Assembly: GCA_964619035.1 (NCBI GenBank)
Contig: CAZUBX010000005.1
Coordinates: 2,643-66,642, forward strand
Direction of reading: 5' to 3'
Source of the DNA: an uncultured Syntrophaceae bacterium
GTDB lineage: Bacteria; Desulfobacterota; Syntrophia; Syntrophales; UBA2192
DNA length: 64,000 bases
How positions within the stretch are numbered: position 1 is the first letter of the stretch; every line of letters starts with the position of its first letter. Positions 36,054 to 44,715 of the stretch are shown piece by piece. A model generated the notes under the pieces. It did no database searches. It had not been told where the DNA came from and was given only the letters and a program-made list of their open reading frames with translations. The translations under genes and the position numbers were made by a program.

Positions 36054-37019
36054 ATGGTCAAAATGGGGATCATCACCGGCTTTCTCGGACAGACCAAAGA
36101 CCGGTTCCACCTCTACAACGAACCGAAGAGCGTCGAGGAAAAATTCGCCCTCATGGCAAAGATCCGGGGCTACGACGGCGTCGAGATCGTCTACCCCTAT
36201 GAGGTAAACGACGCGGCCTTCACGCGAGGACTGCTGAAAAAGTACAGGCTGAAGGTCGCGGCGGTGAACGTGAATGTCAAGGCGGAGCCGGAGTTCCTCA
36301 ACGGCGGCCTCACCTCGACGAAGAAGGCGGTGCGCGAAAAGGCCGTGCGCTTCATCAAGGAGTCGAAGGATTTTGCCGCGGCCATCGGCGCCGACAAGGT
36401 CACCTGCTGCCCCCTGGGCGACGGGTTCGAGTTTGCCTTCCAGTGCGACTACCGGAGGATGTGGACGTACCTCGTCGACGCCTTCGGCGAGTGCGGCTCC
36501 TACCGCGAGGAGATCCCCCTGTTCATCGAGTACAAGCCCAGCGAGACGCGGGGAAAGTGCTTCGTCGATTCGGCGGCCAAGACGCTCTGCCTTCTCCACG
36601 AGATCGGGCTCGCGACCATGGGCGTCACCATCGATTTCGGCCACTCCATCTACGGCGGGGAGCAGCCCGCCGAGGCGGTGGCCCTCGTGGCAGGCAGTCC
36701 CTGGCGTCTCTACATCCACATCAACGACAACGACGGGAGGTGGGACTGGGACTACTTCTGCGGCACGAAGCATTTCCTGGAGTACGTCGAGTTCTTGTAC
36801 TACCTGAAAAAAATCGGCTACGAGGACTACCTGACCTCCGACACCTCGCCGACGCGCTGGGACGTTCGGGGGACCTTCGAGGCCAACAGCCGGATCACAA
36901 ACCGCATCTGGGCCCTGCTCGAGCGCATCGACGACAGGACCTTCTCGAAGCTCGTGTCGGGAGGCGACTACCTGAAGACGTGGAAGTTCATCGAGAAGGA
37001 GATCCTGGGTCTGCGCTAG
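36054..37019 (+). CDS. sugar phosphate isomerase/epimerase (xylose isomerase-like TIM barrel)
   Basis: TIM-barrel pattern with IEYKP, DFGH and HINDN metal-ligand motifs. RBS aggagga. Confidence 0.75.
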   Translation: MVKMGIITGFLGQTKDRFHLYNEPKSVEEKFALMAKIRGYDGVEIVYPYEVNDAAFTRGLLKKYRLKVAAVNVNVKAEPEFLNGGLTSTKKAVREKAVRFIKESKDFAAAIGADKVTCCPLGDGFEFAFQCDYRRMWTYLVDAFGECGSYREEIPLFIEYKPSETRGKCFVDSAAKTLCLLHEIGLATMGVTIDFGHSIYGGEQPAEAVALVAGSPWRLYIHINDNDGRWDWDYFCGTKHFLEYVEFLYYLKKIGYEDYLTSDTSPTRWDVRGTFEANSRITNRIWALLERIDDRTFSKLVSGGDYLKTWKFIEKEILGLR

Positions 37020-37046
37020 AGAAGGAATGAAAAGGAGGAGAGACTC

Positions 37047-38021
37047 ATGTCCAAGTTCAATGTCTATGTCACCCGCCTCATCCCCGTGGAGGGCCTGACC
37101 CTGCTGAGGGAAACCTGCACCGTGGAGATCAACCCCGAGGACCGTCCCCTCACCCGGGAAGAGCTGCTGAAGAACGTGAAAGGCCGCGACGGCGTGATCT
37201 CCCTTCTCAGCGACCGGATCGACGGCGAGGCCATGGAGGCGGCAAAGGGAATCAAGGGCTTTGCGAACTACGCCGTGGGTTTCGACAACTTTGATGTCAA
37301 GGAGGCGACGAAGCGCAAGATCCCCATGTCCAACACACCGGGCGTTCTCACGGATGCCACAGCCGAGATGGCCTGGGCCCTGCTCTTCGCCATCGCCCGT
37401 CGCGTGGTGGAAACGGACAAAATCATGCGCACCGGTACCTGGCCAGGCTGGGGCCCTATGCAGTTCATCGGCGGCGATGTGAAGGGAAAGACGCTGGGCA
37501 TCGCGGGTGCCGGACGCATAGGCACTGCCATGGCCCTCATGTCCAAGGGGTTTGCCATGAAGGTTCTCTACACCGACGAGATGGCCAACCCGGTCCTCGA
37601 GAAGGAGCTGGGGGCGAAAAAGGTTTCTTTCGAGGAGCTGCTCAGGGAATCGGACTTCCTGAGCATCCATGTCCCTCTCATGCCATCCACGCGGCACCTG
37701 TTCAACGCGAAGGTCTTCGCCATGATGAAGCCGACGGCCTATCTCATCAACACATCCCGGGGACCCGTGATCAACGAGGCAGAACTGGTCGATGCGCTGA
37801 AAAAGAACGTCATCGCCGGCGCGGCCCTTGACGTCTTCGAGTTCGAGCCGAAGATGGTTCCCGAGCTTGCCAACCTGGTGAATGTCGTCGTCACACCCCA
37901 CACGGCCTCGGCAACCATATCCTCGCGCACGGGAATGTCCGTGAAGGCAGCAACCAACCTGCTGGCCATGCTGAAGGGCGAGCGCCCCCCCGACTGCCTC
38001 AACCCGGAGATCTACGGCTGA
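37047..38021 (+). CDS. D-isomer-specific 2-hydroxyacid dehydrogenase (glyoxylate/hydroxypyruvate reductase-like)
   Basis: GIAGAGRIG NAD motif, catalytic R...E...H region (NTSRG, ALDVFEFEP, PHTAS). Confidence 0.85.
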   Translation: MSKFNVYVTRLIPVEGLTLLRETCTVEINPEDRPLTREELLKNVKGRDGVISLLSDRIDGEAMEAAKGIKGFANYAVGFDNFDVKEATKRKIPMSNTPGVLTDATAEMAWALLFAIARRVVETDKIMRTGTWPGWGPMQFIGGDVKGKTLGIAGAGRIGTAMALMSKGFAMKVLYTDEMANPVLEKELGAKKVSFEELLRESDFLSIHVPLMPSTRHLFNAKVFAMMKPTAYLINTSRGPVINEAELVDALKKNVIAGAALDVFEFEPKMVPELANLVNVVVTPHTASATISSRTGMSVKAATNLLAMLKGERPPDCLNPEIYG

Positions 38022-38042
38022 GAGCCTTGCATCGATAAAGCG

Positions 38043-38074
38043 AAAAGGGCTTCCCGAACCGGGAAGCCCTTTTC
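38043..38074. terminator. bidirectional terminator between convergent operons
   Basis: aaaa-gggcttcccg-aac-cgggaagccc-tttt. Confidence 0.75.
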
Positions 38075-38123
38075 ATTGAAAGAGGGAATTGCTCCCTCCC
38101 CTTCCTTCTCTTGTATTTCTTTT

Positions 38124-38157
38124 CCCTGATACCCTATACCCGATACCCAATACCCGG
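38124..38157 (-). repeat. heptamer array, G-rich on the minus strand (GGGTATN)x5
   Basis: Plus strand ccctgat accctat acccgat acccaat acccgg, 15 nt after the dctM stop on the sense strand. Confidence 0.8.
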
Positions 38158-38171
38158 CGACGTCAGTCGCC

Positions 38172-39458
38172 TTACCCCATGAGCAGCCGGAAAATAACCT
38201 GCGTCAGCTGCGGCACATAGGTGATGATGAACAGGACCACGACAGCCGCCGCCATCATCGGGATCAGGTGGCGCGTGACGGCCCCGATGCCCGCCTTCGC
38301 GAGGCTCGCCGCGACAAAGAGGGTGCCTCCGACAGGCGGCGTGTAGAGGGCAATGGCGAGATTGGCCGTGATCACGACCCCGAGGTGGACGAGGTCGATA
38401 TTGAAGGCCATCGCCATGGGGAGAAACAGCGGGGTGGTCAGGAGCATGGCCGGCAGCGGCTCGATGAAAATACCAATAAGCAGGAGCGAGATATTGAGAA
38501 GAAGCAGAAATACCCAGGGCTCGTGCGCCACGCTTTGGACCCATTGCGAGAGCTGCATCGCCACCTGCTCCACCGTGATCAGCCAGGCCAGGCAGCCGGT
38601 TGCACCGATGACGAGAAGCACGACCGCGCTGGTCTGGAAGGCCTTCAGGATGATCGGCGGCAGGTCCCGCCATGTGATGTCCTTGTACAAAAACAGGGAA
38701 ATCAGCAGCCCGTAGACCACGGCGACCGAGGCCGCCTCGGTGGGGGTGAACTGCCCGGACCAGATGCCGCCGACAATGATGACGGGCATGAGGAGCGCAG
38801 GGCCCGCTGCCTTGAAAGCCGCCCAGATCTCAGCGGCCGAGGCCCGTTTGTCGCCGTTGTCACAACCGGTCTTCTTCCCATACCATATGCAGACACCGAT
38901 CAGGGCCAGTGCCATGATGAAGGCCGGGATGACGCCGGACATGGAAAGCTGACGCATCGAAACGCCGGAGATGTAGGCATAGACGAGAAACGGAATGGAC
39001 AGGGGCATGAGCAGTGCAAGCGTACCCGCCACGGACAGCAGTGCCGCGGTGAATGCCGGGGGATAGCCGCGCTGGACCATCATGGGGATGACCAGTGAGC
39101 CGATGGCTGCCGTATCCGCGATAGCCGATCCCGATATGCCGCCGAACATGAGACAGGAGACGACGGTGACGACGCCGAGCCCTCCGGGCAGAAAACCGAA
39201 TAGGGTGCGCGCGAATTCCACGATCCGCTTGCCCACGCCGCCCCGGGACAATAGCTCGCCGCCGAAGATGAACAGCGGCACGGCGATAAGAATGAAAGGC
39301 TCCACGCCGGAGATGAAGCTCAGGAAAATCGTCTCCAGCGGGTGGCCGAGACCGTTCGCCCAGATCATCCCGACCGTCGTCGCAAGCAGGGCGTACATGA
39401 GAGGTACACCCGCCAGTGCGATGATAAAAAAGACGACGAAGATGGTCAGTGCGAACAT
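38172..39458 (-). CDS. dctM: TRAP transporter large permease
   Basis: 428 aa, about 12 TM helices, typical DctM start MFALTIFVVFFIIALAGVPL. Confidence 0.9.
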   Translation of the reverse strand: MFALTIFVVFFIIALAGVPLMYALLATTVGMIWANGLGHPLETIFLSFISGVEPFILIAVPLFIFGGELLSRGGVGKRIVEFARTLFGFLPGGLGVVTVVSCLMFGGISGSAIADTAAIGSLVIPMMVQRGYPPAFTAALLSVAGTLALLMPLSIPFLVYAYISGVSMRQLSMSGVIPAFIMALALIGVCIWYGKKTGCDNGDKRASAAEIWAAFKAAGPALLMPVIIVGGIWSGQFTPTEAASVAVVYGLLISLFLYKDITWRDLPPIILKAFQTSAVVLLVIGATGCLAWLITVEQVAMQLSQWVQSVAHEPWVFLLLLNISLLLIGIFIEPLPAMLLTTPLFLPMAMAFNIDLVHLGVVITANLAIALYTPPVGGTLFVAASLAKAGIGAVTRHLIPMMAAAVVVLFIITYVPQLTQVIFRLLMG

Positions 39459-39461
39459 GAT

Positions 39462-39974
39462 TCAGGCTCCGTAGCGCTCTTCGGGTGTTTTGCCTTGCAG
39501 GATCTGGACGAGATCGTAGGTCACGAAGACAAGGGAAGCCCCGGCGCCGATGGGGAGGGCCATGTACTGCAGGGCCATGGGCCAGTCGAGGACCGTGAGG
39601 ACGTTGCCCCAGCTTGCCATGACGATGCCCACGCCGTACCAGACCAGCAGCGCCAGGACGGCAAGCGCGACGAACTGGATGGCCGCATCAGCCCATTTTC
39701 TCGGCAGGCCGTGGAGCATGTCGATGAATTCGGTGATCGTCATGTGCGCGCCACGCCGGCAGGCCGCGGCCCCTCCCAGGAAAGACGCCCAGACCATCAT
39801 GAATTCGCAAAATTCGATCGTCCAGGCGATATCGTGGTGAAAGACGTGCAGGACCACGTTGATGAAGACCAGCACCACCATGGCGGCGCCGATCAGCACG
39901 ACGGCGTGATCAACGAGCGCCGAAAGAAAGCGGATCGGCGCAGGCCCCGGCGGTCCGGGGGGCAGAAGAGGCAT
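39462..39974 (-). CDS. dctQ: TRAP transporter small permease
   Basis: 170 aa, 4 TM helices, 3-nt gap to dctM. Confidence 0.8.
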   Translation of the reverse strand: MPLLPPGPPGPAPIRFLSALVDHAVVLIGAAMVVLVFINVVLHVFHHDIAWTIEFCEFMMVWASFLGGAAACRRGAHMTITEFIDMLHGLPRKWADAAIQFVALAVLALLVWYGVGIVMASWGNVLTVLDWPMALQYMALPIGAGASLVFVTYDLVQILQGKTPEERYGA

Positions 39975-40042
39975 CGGGGTACTCCTGAAAGACGCCGGCC
40001 CCCTTGCGAGGGCCGGCGCTGTGCTTCAAATCCGGGTGATCG

Positions 40043-41083
40043 TTACTTCTTCTTCGGCGCTGCCTTTGCCGGGGCCTTTGCGGGCGCTTTCCGGACGGTC
40101 TCGGCATCGGCCAGGAATTCGTCCACCTCGGCCTTGCCGTATTTCTCGCTCGCCTTGGCATACACGGGCTTTACCGCCACACGGAATGGCTCGAGGGAGG
40201 GAGAGGTCACCGTGGCTTTCCTTTCCGCCATTGCCTTGAGCTGCTTGTCCTCGGTGGCGACGATCTCCTTGCGGCTCCAGTCCGCGGCTTCCTTTGCCGC
40301 CTTGGTCACGGCAGCGCGGTCGGCCGGCGAAAGTTTCTGCCAGGTCTTCTCCGAGATGGCCAGCGGGATCGGGCTGTATACGTGCTTGGTCAATGTCACG
40401 TAGGGCGCCACTTCATAGAACTTGTTGGAGTAGATCGTGTCGATGGGGTTTTCCTGTCCGCTCACGGTACCCTGCTGGATGGCCAGGTAGACTTCGGGCA
40501 GCGGCATGATCTGGACGGTGAACCCGACGGCCTCCAGGGTCCAGCGCATCATCTCGTTGGGGAAGGTGCGAAGCTTCTTGCCCTTGGCATCCTCGGGCGT
40601 GCGCAGCGGGTCCTTCGTGGTCATGCAGCGGAAACCGGCCTCGAAGGTGGACAGGAAGCGGAACCCCTTGGCCGGGGCCTTGTCGAACTGCTTCTGGAGC
40701 CACTTCGACGTGTCGTAAAGCTTCCAACCCTGTTCGTAGTTGTCGACAAGGAAGGGCAGCATGGTGAGGTTGAGCGTATCGACGTGGGGCGCGTAGGATC
40801 CGGTACTCGACACGGTGAAATCGATTCCGCCCAGGGTGAGCTGCTCGATGTTCTTCGGATCGTTGCCCAGCTGGCCGCAGCAAAACACCCGGACTTCATA
40901 GCGGCCCTGGGTGTACTCATTGACCTTCTTGGCGAACAGTTCGGCGGCCGCCTGGCGGGCCCCCTGCATCTGGTCCGTGTGGCTGAATTTCAGTATCGTC
41001 GCGGCCTCGGCGTTCCATGCCCCGAACGCAGCAGCTGCGACCATGAGAACCACAAACATCCTGAGAACCGACCTGCCGTTCAT
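40043..41083 (-). CDS. dctP: TRAP transporter substrate-binding protein
   Basis: Signal peptide after ATG 41083 (RBS ggaggg). DctP-family pattern LKFSH..., FRCMTT and QENP. Lys/Ala-rich C-terminal tail. Confidence 0.85.
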   Translation of the reverse strand: MNGRSVLRMFVVLMVAAAAFGAWNAEAATILKFSHTDQMQGARQAAAELFAKKVNEYTQGRYEVRVFCCGQLGNDPKNIEQLTLGGIDFTVSSTGSYAPHVDTLNLTMLPFLVDNYEQGWKLYDTSKWLQKQFDKAPAKGFRFLSTFEAGFRCMTTKDPLRTPEDAKGKKLRTFPNEMMRWTLEAVGFTVQIMPLPEVYLAIQQGTVSGQENPIDTIYSNKFYEVAPYVTLTKHVYSPIPLAISEKTWQKLSPADRAAVTKAAKEAADWSRKEIVATEDKQLKAMAERKATVTSPSLEPFRVAVKPVYAKASEKYGKAEVDEFLADAETVRKAPAKAPAKAAPKKK

Positions 41084-41187
41084 GTCACCCTCCTGTCTGG
41101 TTGCTGGCTGATTTTTCCTTCGACCCGAAACCGGCAAGAACCGGCGCCCGTTGATTTTCCCCCTCCGGGCAGGCCCCTTTTGCGCGG

Positions 41188-41213
41188 TGCAAAATATTGT
41201 ATTTTGTATGCAA
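41188..41213 (-). promoter_or_regulatory. candidate GntR operator upstream of the TRAP operon
   Basis: Plus strand tgcaaaatattgtattttgtatgcaa, with TGCA...TGCA dyad ends. Shares TTGCATACAA..ATATT with 33430-33443. Confidence 0.4.
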
Positions 41214-41318
41214 TCCTCTCTATCACATCGGCGACTCATGTCAAGCAAATAAAATGCGCCCCGGCGGGCGGCGGCGGGGCGGGTCCGCAGTGGCTCTGCG
41301 ATCCGCGCCGCAGCCTCT

Positions 41319-41993
41319 TTAGAGGGTCAGCAAGTGTTCATTGTCCCTGAGCCACTTCCGCCGCTGGGCGTAATCGGGAAGGATGCGCCCCACCCGCCCC
41401 CAGAACCTCCGGGAGTGGTTCATCTCGACGAGGTGGGCCAGCTCATGGACGATGACGTAATCGATGACGGGCGGGGGGGCCATGACGAGGCGCCAGGCAA
41501 AATTCAAGCTCCCCGCGGCGTTGCAGGAGCCCCATCGCTCTTTCGCATCGGTGATCCGCACGGACCGGCAGGTCAGCCCCATCTGCAGGGCGAATTGCGC
41601 CACCCGGTCCTCGAGAATCTCCCGGGCCCTGGCCCGATACCAGGTGCGGAACAGATCCCCTGCCCTGGCAGACAAATCGGCGCCCAGGAGGAATTCCCCG
41701 TTCTCCTTCAGCAGGTATTCCCCGCCCGCAACGTAGCGCAGGCGGTGCTGCTCGCCCAGGAAGGGAAAGGGCTCCCCCTCCTGGAACCGCCTCGCCGTTC
41801 TTTCTTCCTGCAGCACCCTGGCCTGGGCGAGCTTCCGGGCGATCCAGCCGCGGTTCTGATGCACAAAGGCCAGTACCTCGCGGCGGGCGAGCTTCAGGGG
41901 CGCACGGACGAGGATTCCCCCCTCTTTCGTGATCTCCACGGCGATCGTTTTTCTTCGTGAGCGGATGATGTCGAAGTCCATGGGTGATGCCAT
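41319..41993 (-). CDS. YgjP-like metal-dependent hydrolase (DUF45/M48 superfamily)
   Basis: WGSC and HELAHLVEMNHS (HExxH) motifs. ATG at 41993. The upstream extension of the ORF runs into a repeat array. Confidence 0.8.
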   Translation of the reverse strand: MASPMDFDIIRSRRKTIAVEITKEGGILVRAPLKLARREVLAFVHQNRGWIARKLAQARVLQEERTARRFQEGEPFPFLGEQHRLRYVAGGEYLLKENGEFLLGADLSARAGDLFRTWYRARAREILEDRVAQFALQMGLTCRSVRITDAKERWGSCNAAGSLNFAWRLVMAPPPVIDYVIVHELAHLVEMNHSRRFWGRVGRILPDYAQRRKWLRDNEHLLTL

Positions 41994-42049
41994 GGTTACG
42001 ACGGATTGCAGAGATTTGCAACTGCAGATGAGGGGGGAGCGCGAGTAAA

Positions 42050-42079
42050 GAAGTGATTCGTGGCTTGTGGCTAGTGTAG
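42050..42079. repeat. heptamer array (GTGGCTT/GTGGCTA flavour)
   Basis: gaagtgattcgtggcttgtggctagtgtag. Its tggctagtg is the exact reverse complement of cactagcca at 42158-42166. Confidence 0.75.
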
Positions 42080-42124
42080 AAAATAAAAAACAAAGGAATT
42101 CGAAGATCAATGACCCGATTGATT

Positions 42125-42175
42125 CTTTCACTGGTCACTGGTCACTGGTCACTGGTCACTAGCCACTGGTCACTG
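42125..42175. repeat. heptamer array (CACTGGT)x7
   Basis: ctttcactggtcactggtcactggtcactggtcactagccactggtcactg, the longest and cleanest array in the window. Confidence 0.9.
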
Positions 42176-42188
42176 CCGCGAAGCGGCT

Positions 42189-43139
42189 TTACATCTTTTT
42201 CTTCGCGCCGTTCCGGGGCGTCTCCTGCGAGAGGTACTTCTCGAAGTTGGCCCGGAAGTCTTTTGCCGTCCCCGTGGGGACCTTCAGGCTGTAACGGCCC
42301 GGAGGGAGGGATTCGCATTTGATCTCCGGGTTCATCTCACGGATGGTCTTGTAGGTTGTCCCGCAGGCACGGGCAATCACGTTGATATGCACTTCCCGGT
42401 GCGAATGGATCTCGATGCGGTCGGTCTCGACGACAGGATATACGCGCATGGCCGAGGTCCGGTAGCCGTAGCGCTCGGGATTGGTCAGGATGACTTTCGC
42501 CGAGAGCATGCGGAAGATGTATCGCTCCGTTTCCTGCGGGAGATCCACGTCGTAATAATTGGCTGCCCCCTGCATTTCCATGCTCTTCGCCATCCGGTCC
42601 TCGCCACAGTTGTAGGCCGCAATAGCAAGCCCCCAGTTGCCGAACAGGCGGTAGAGTTCTTCCAGGTAGTTGAGCGCCGCCTCGGTGGCCTTCTCGAAGT
42701 TAAGCCGTTCGTCAATCGTGCTGTCGACACGCAGGCCGAAACGCTTGGCCGTCTTTTCCATGAACTGCCAGGGCCCCGTTGCCTTCGCCGAGGACACGGC
42801 ATAGGTCCTGAGCGAGCTTTCCACGACGGCCACATACTTGATGTCGTCGGGCATCTTCCGCTCGCGCAGTCGTTTTTCGATGTAGGGGAAGTAGCGGTTT
42901 GCCCGCTTGAGCCAGAGGATGACCTGTTCCTGATTGTAAACGGACAGAACGAAGGCCTGGTCCATCATCTCCCAGACATCCTGCCTCTCCAGGGGAACCT
43001 TCTCCCCGCAGAGCTGCAGCGGCTGCGGAAATTCATGGATGGGGACGGGCATCATCTGCGCCCCGGCAGCGGCCGGGAGCAGTGCGGAAGCGAAGAAAAA
43101 AAAGCTTCCCATCAGGAGCAACACCCTCCGGGAAGTCAT
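42189..43139 (-). CDS. lytic transglycosylase (SLT domain) with signal peptide
   Basis: VAVVESSL catalytic Glu motif, GPWQFM and AYNCG. ATG at 43139 gives a signal peptide. Confidence 0.8.
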   Translation of the reverse strand: MTSRRVLLLMGSFFFFASALLPAAAGAQMMPVPIHEFPQPLQLCGEKVPLERQDVWEMMDQAFVLSVYNQEQVILWLKRANRYFPYIEKRLRERKMPDDIKYVAVVESSLRTYAVSSAKATGPWQFMEKTAKRFGLRVDSTIDERLNFEKATEAALNYLEELYRLFGNWGLAIAAYNCGEDRMAKSMEMQGAANYYDVDLPQETERYIFRMLSAKVILTNPERYGYRTSAMRVYPVVETDRIEIHSHREVHINVIARACGTTYKTIREMNPEIKCESLPPGRYSLKVPTGTAKDFRANFEKYLSQETPRNGAKKKM

Positions 43140-43419
43140 CGAAAACCGTCTTTCTGTTTTTGAAACCAATTTTCAAACTCCTTCGCCCCCGGAATCGCGC
43201 GATCCGCAATGCCGGGAACGCTCACAACGCCGCGGGACCAAACCTGTCCCGCTCAACGAACCGGTCAGCAACCGGCAAGAGCGAGAAAGACAACAAGCAT
43301 CAGCAGCCAGAACATGATGTTGCGCATAACCGTTGTCCGTTTCCTTGCGGGCATTGTGAACAGAACTACCCCGATAAGCAAGCAAAAAATGTACCCGTTG
43401 CGGCGTCCCTGGACGCCGC

Positions 43420-43454
43420 AGGCATCAGGCTTCAGGCATCGGGCTTCAGGAAAA
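43420..43454 (+). repeat. heptamer array (CAGGCWT flavour)
   Basis: aggcatc aggcttc aggcatc gggcttc aggaaaa. Confidence 0.8.
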
Positions 43455-43493
43455 AAGATAGGATCGAGGGAATGTCCCCCGATCCTATCTTCT
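43450..43493. terminator. bidirectional terminator, conserved AGGATCGAGG hairpin module
   Basis: agataggatcgaggg-aatgt-ccccgatcctatct, a 15-bp stem with one mismatch, an A-run before and a T-rich tract after. Confidence 0.75.
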
Positions 43494-43511
43494 TGTCCTC
43501 TTCTTTTTCTT

Positions 43512-43551
43512 CACTCAGACACTTAGACACTCAGGCACTCAGGCACTTTAC
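43512..43551. repeat. octamer array (CACTNAGR)
   Basis: cactcaga cacttaga cactcagg cactcagg cactttac. It overlaps the RidA stop codon. Confidence 0.75.
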
Positions 43552-43940
43552 TCTTCCAAGATGGCAATTGCGTCAATCTCGATCAGCGCCTCCGCATTGA
43601 CCAGTGCCTTCACGACAACGCCCGTTGCGGCGGGAAAACCGTTCTTAAAATATTTTCTCCGAACGGCAGCCGTTTCCCTGTAGTGCTCCAGGGTCGTCAC
43701 ATAGTCCGTGGTCTTCACGACATCGTCGAAGGACCCGCCCGCGGACTCGAGGATCTCCCCGATCTTGCGAAAGATGAAATCGGCCTGAGCGACGATATCG
43801 CCTTTCCCCGCGACCTCGCCCGTTTCCGGGTCCCGGGCGATCACCCCTGAAATGAAGAGGAAGGGCCCCCGCCTCACCGCCGTGGAGAACGTGCAGCGCT
43901 CGCCGAGGCGCCAGGGATCGATGATGTCAAACTTCCTCAT
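43548..43940 (-). CDS. RidA/YjgF family reactive-intermediate deaminase
   Basis: 130 aa with the typical ...FISG...G...AQ...KTT.Y...R..Y......PA....V..L......EI pattern. Confidence 0.85.
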   Translation of the reverse strand: MRKFDIIDPWRLGERCTFSTAVRRGPFLFISGVIARDPETGEVAGKGDIVAQADFIFRKIGEILESAGGSFDDVVKTTDYVTTLEHYRETAAVRRKYFKNGFPAATGVVVKALVNAEALIEIDAIAILEE

Positions 43941-43967
43941 AGCCGATCCTTGACAACAGCACATTGC

Positions 43968-44450
43968 TCATTCGTCGTCTTTTTTCTTACCACCTTTCGG
44001 CTTCTCCCCCGGAGTCTTGGGGAAAAGGTCGAACACATTCGCAAAGGGGTTGAATGGGGGAACTGCCTGCTGGGTCTGCTGGGACAACTGGGCCCCGAGG
44101 TCGAGCCACTTGGAGAATTGCGCATCAACGGAGCTCTTGTAGGCCAGATAGTTTTTGACGACCTGCTGCAGGTACTTCTCGAAGAATTCGGCGAGCACGG
44201 TCTCGCCGAACTGGATCATGAGGTGAAGAAGCGGGACGGGCAGGAGGAAACTTTTCTTCCTCGCCTCCTCCAGGATGATCTGGGTGAGGGTGAAGGCCGT
44301 CACGTCCTCTTTCGTCTGGGCATCGACGACCTCGATCTGCCTGCCCTCCTTGATCATCTCCGCCAGGGCGGCAAGGGTCACATAGGCGTTCTTTTCCGTG
44401 TCGTAGAGACGCCGGTTGTTGTACTTCTTGATCACCACGGTGTCAGCCAT
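43968..44450 (-). CDS. phaR: polyhydroxyalkanoate synthesis repressor
   Basis: The N-terminus VIKKYNNRRLYDTEKNAYVTLAALAEMIKEG is the hallmark PhaR DNA-binding region. Confidence 0.85.
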   Translation of the reverse strand: MADTVVIKKYNNRRLYDTEKNAYVTLAALAEMIKEGRQIEVVDAQTKEDVTAFTLTQIILEEARKKSFLLPVPLLHLMIQFGETVLAEFFEKYLQQVVKNYLAYKSSVDAQFSKWLDLGAQLSQQTQQAVPPFNPFANVFDLFPKTPGEKPKGGKKKDDE

Positions 44451-44580
44451 ATTTCATGTGCTCCTGAACTGATCGCTTACAGGTTGATGTAACGCCGCAA
44501 CAAATGCAGCGCATCATGGTTCGACCTGCTTTCTTATAACAGATAAAACATTGAAATTCAATAGCTTAAAATTCATCAGC

Positions 44581-44618
44581 CTGCAAACAGGATCATCTTG
44601 CAGATATTGCACTGCAAC
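44581..44618. promoter_or_regulatory. candidate PhaR operator cluster (TTGCA-type repeats)
   Basis: CTGCAA-11 nt-TTGCAG dyad (44581-44603), then TTGCACTGCAAC (44607-44618) just upstream of a -35 box. TTGCACTGCA recurs at 46512-46521. Confidence 0.4.
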
Positions 44619-44625
44619 ATCGTCC

Positions 44626-44654
44626 TTGACAAAACGCAACAGGAAGCATAAATA
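44626..44654 (+). promoter_or_regulatory. sigma70-like promoter of the first mini-phasin gene
   Basis: TTGACA-17 nt-TAAATA. Confidence 0.35.
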
Positions 44655-44715
44655 AAGGGCTCGAAAAACGAAGGATCCCGTAAACGGGGATCCCACACAC
44701 GTGGAGGCCCATAAC

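Noticed and set aside
36039-37901. Very long antisense ORFs opposite real genes (also 4079..5599, 45068..46474, 47205..49103, 50551..51756, 54644..56422, 28267..29724)
   Set aside because: These are typical high-GC shadow ORFs. They have an Asp/Glu/Gly/Arg/Pro/His-rich composition and no motifs, and each lies opposite a gene with clear family signatures and a good RBS.
42125-42175. The tandem arrays as CRISPR arrays
   Set aside because: The units are only 7-8 nt and directly abut with no spacers. No cas genes are in the window. The arrays are therefore microsatellite-like, not CRISPR.
42110-42322. ORFs that translate the arrays (for example ..SLVTGHWSLVTSHW.., and the QASGFRLQ-type peptides at 43082..43600 and 56559..56882)
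   Set aside because: The periodic peptide is a by-product of a 7-nt DNA period. These ORFs have no RBS and overlap terminators and real gene ends.
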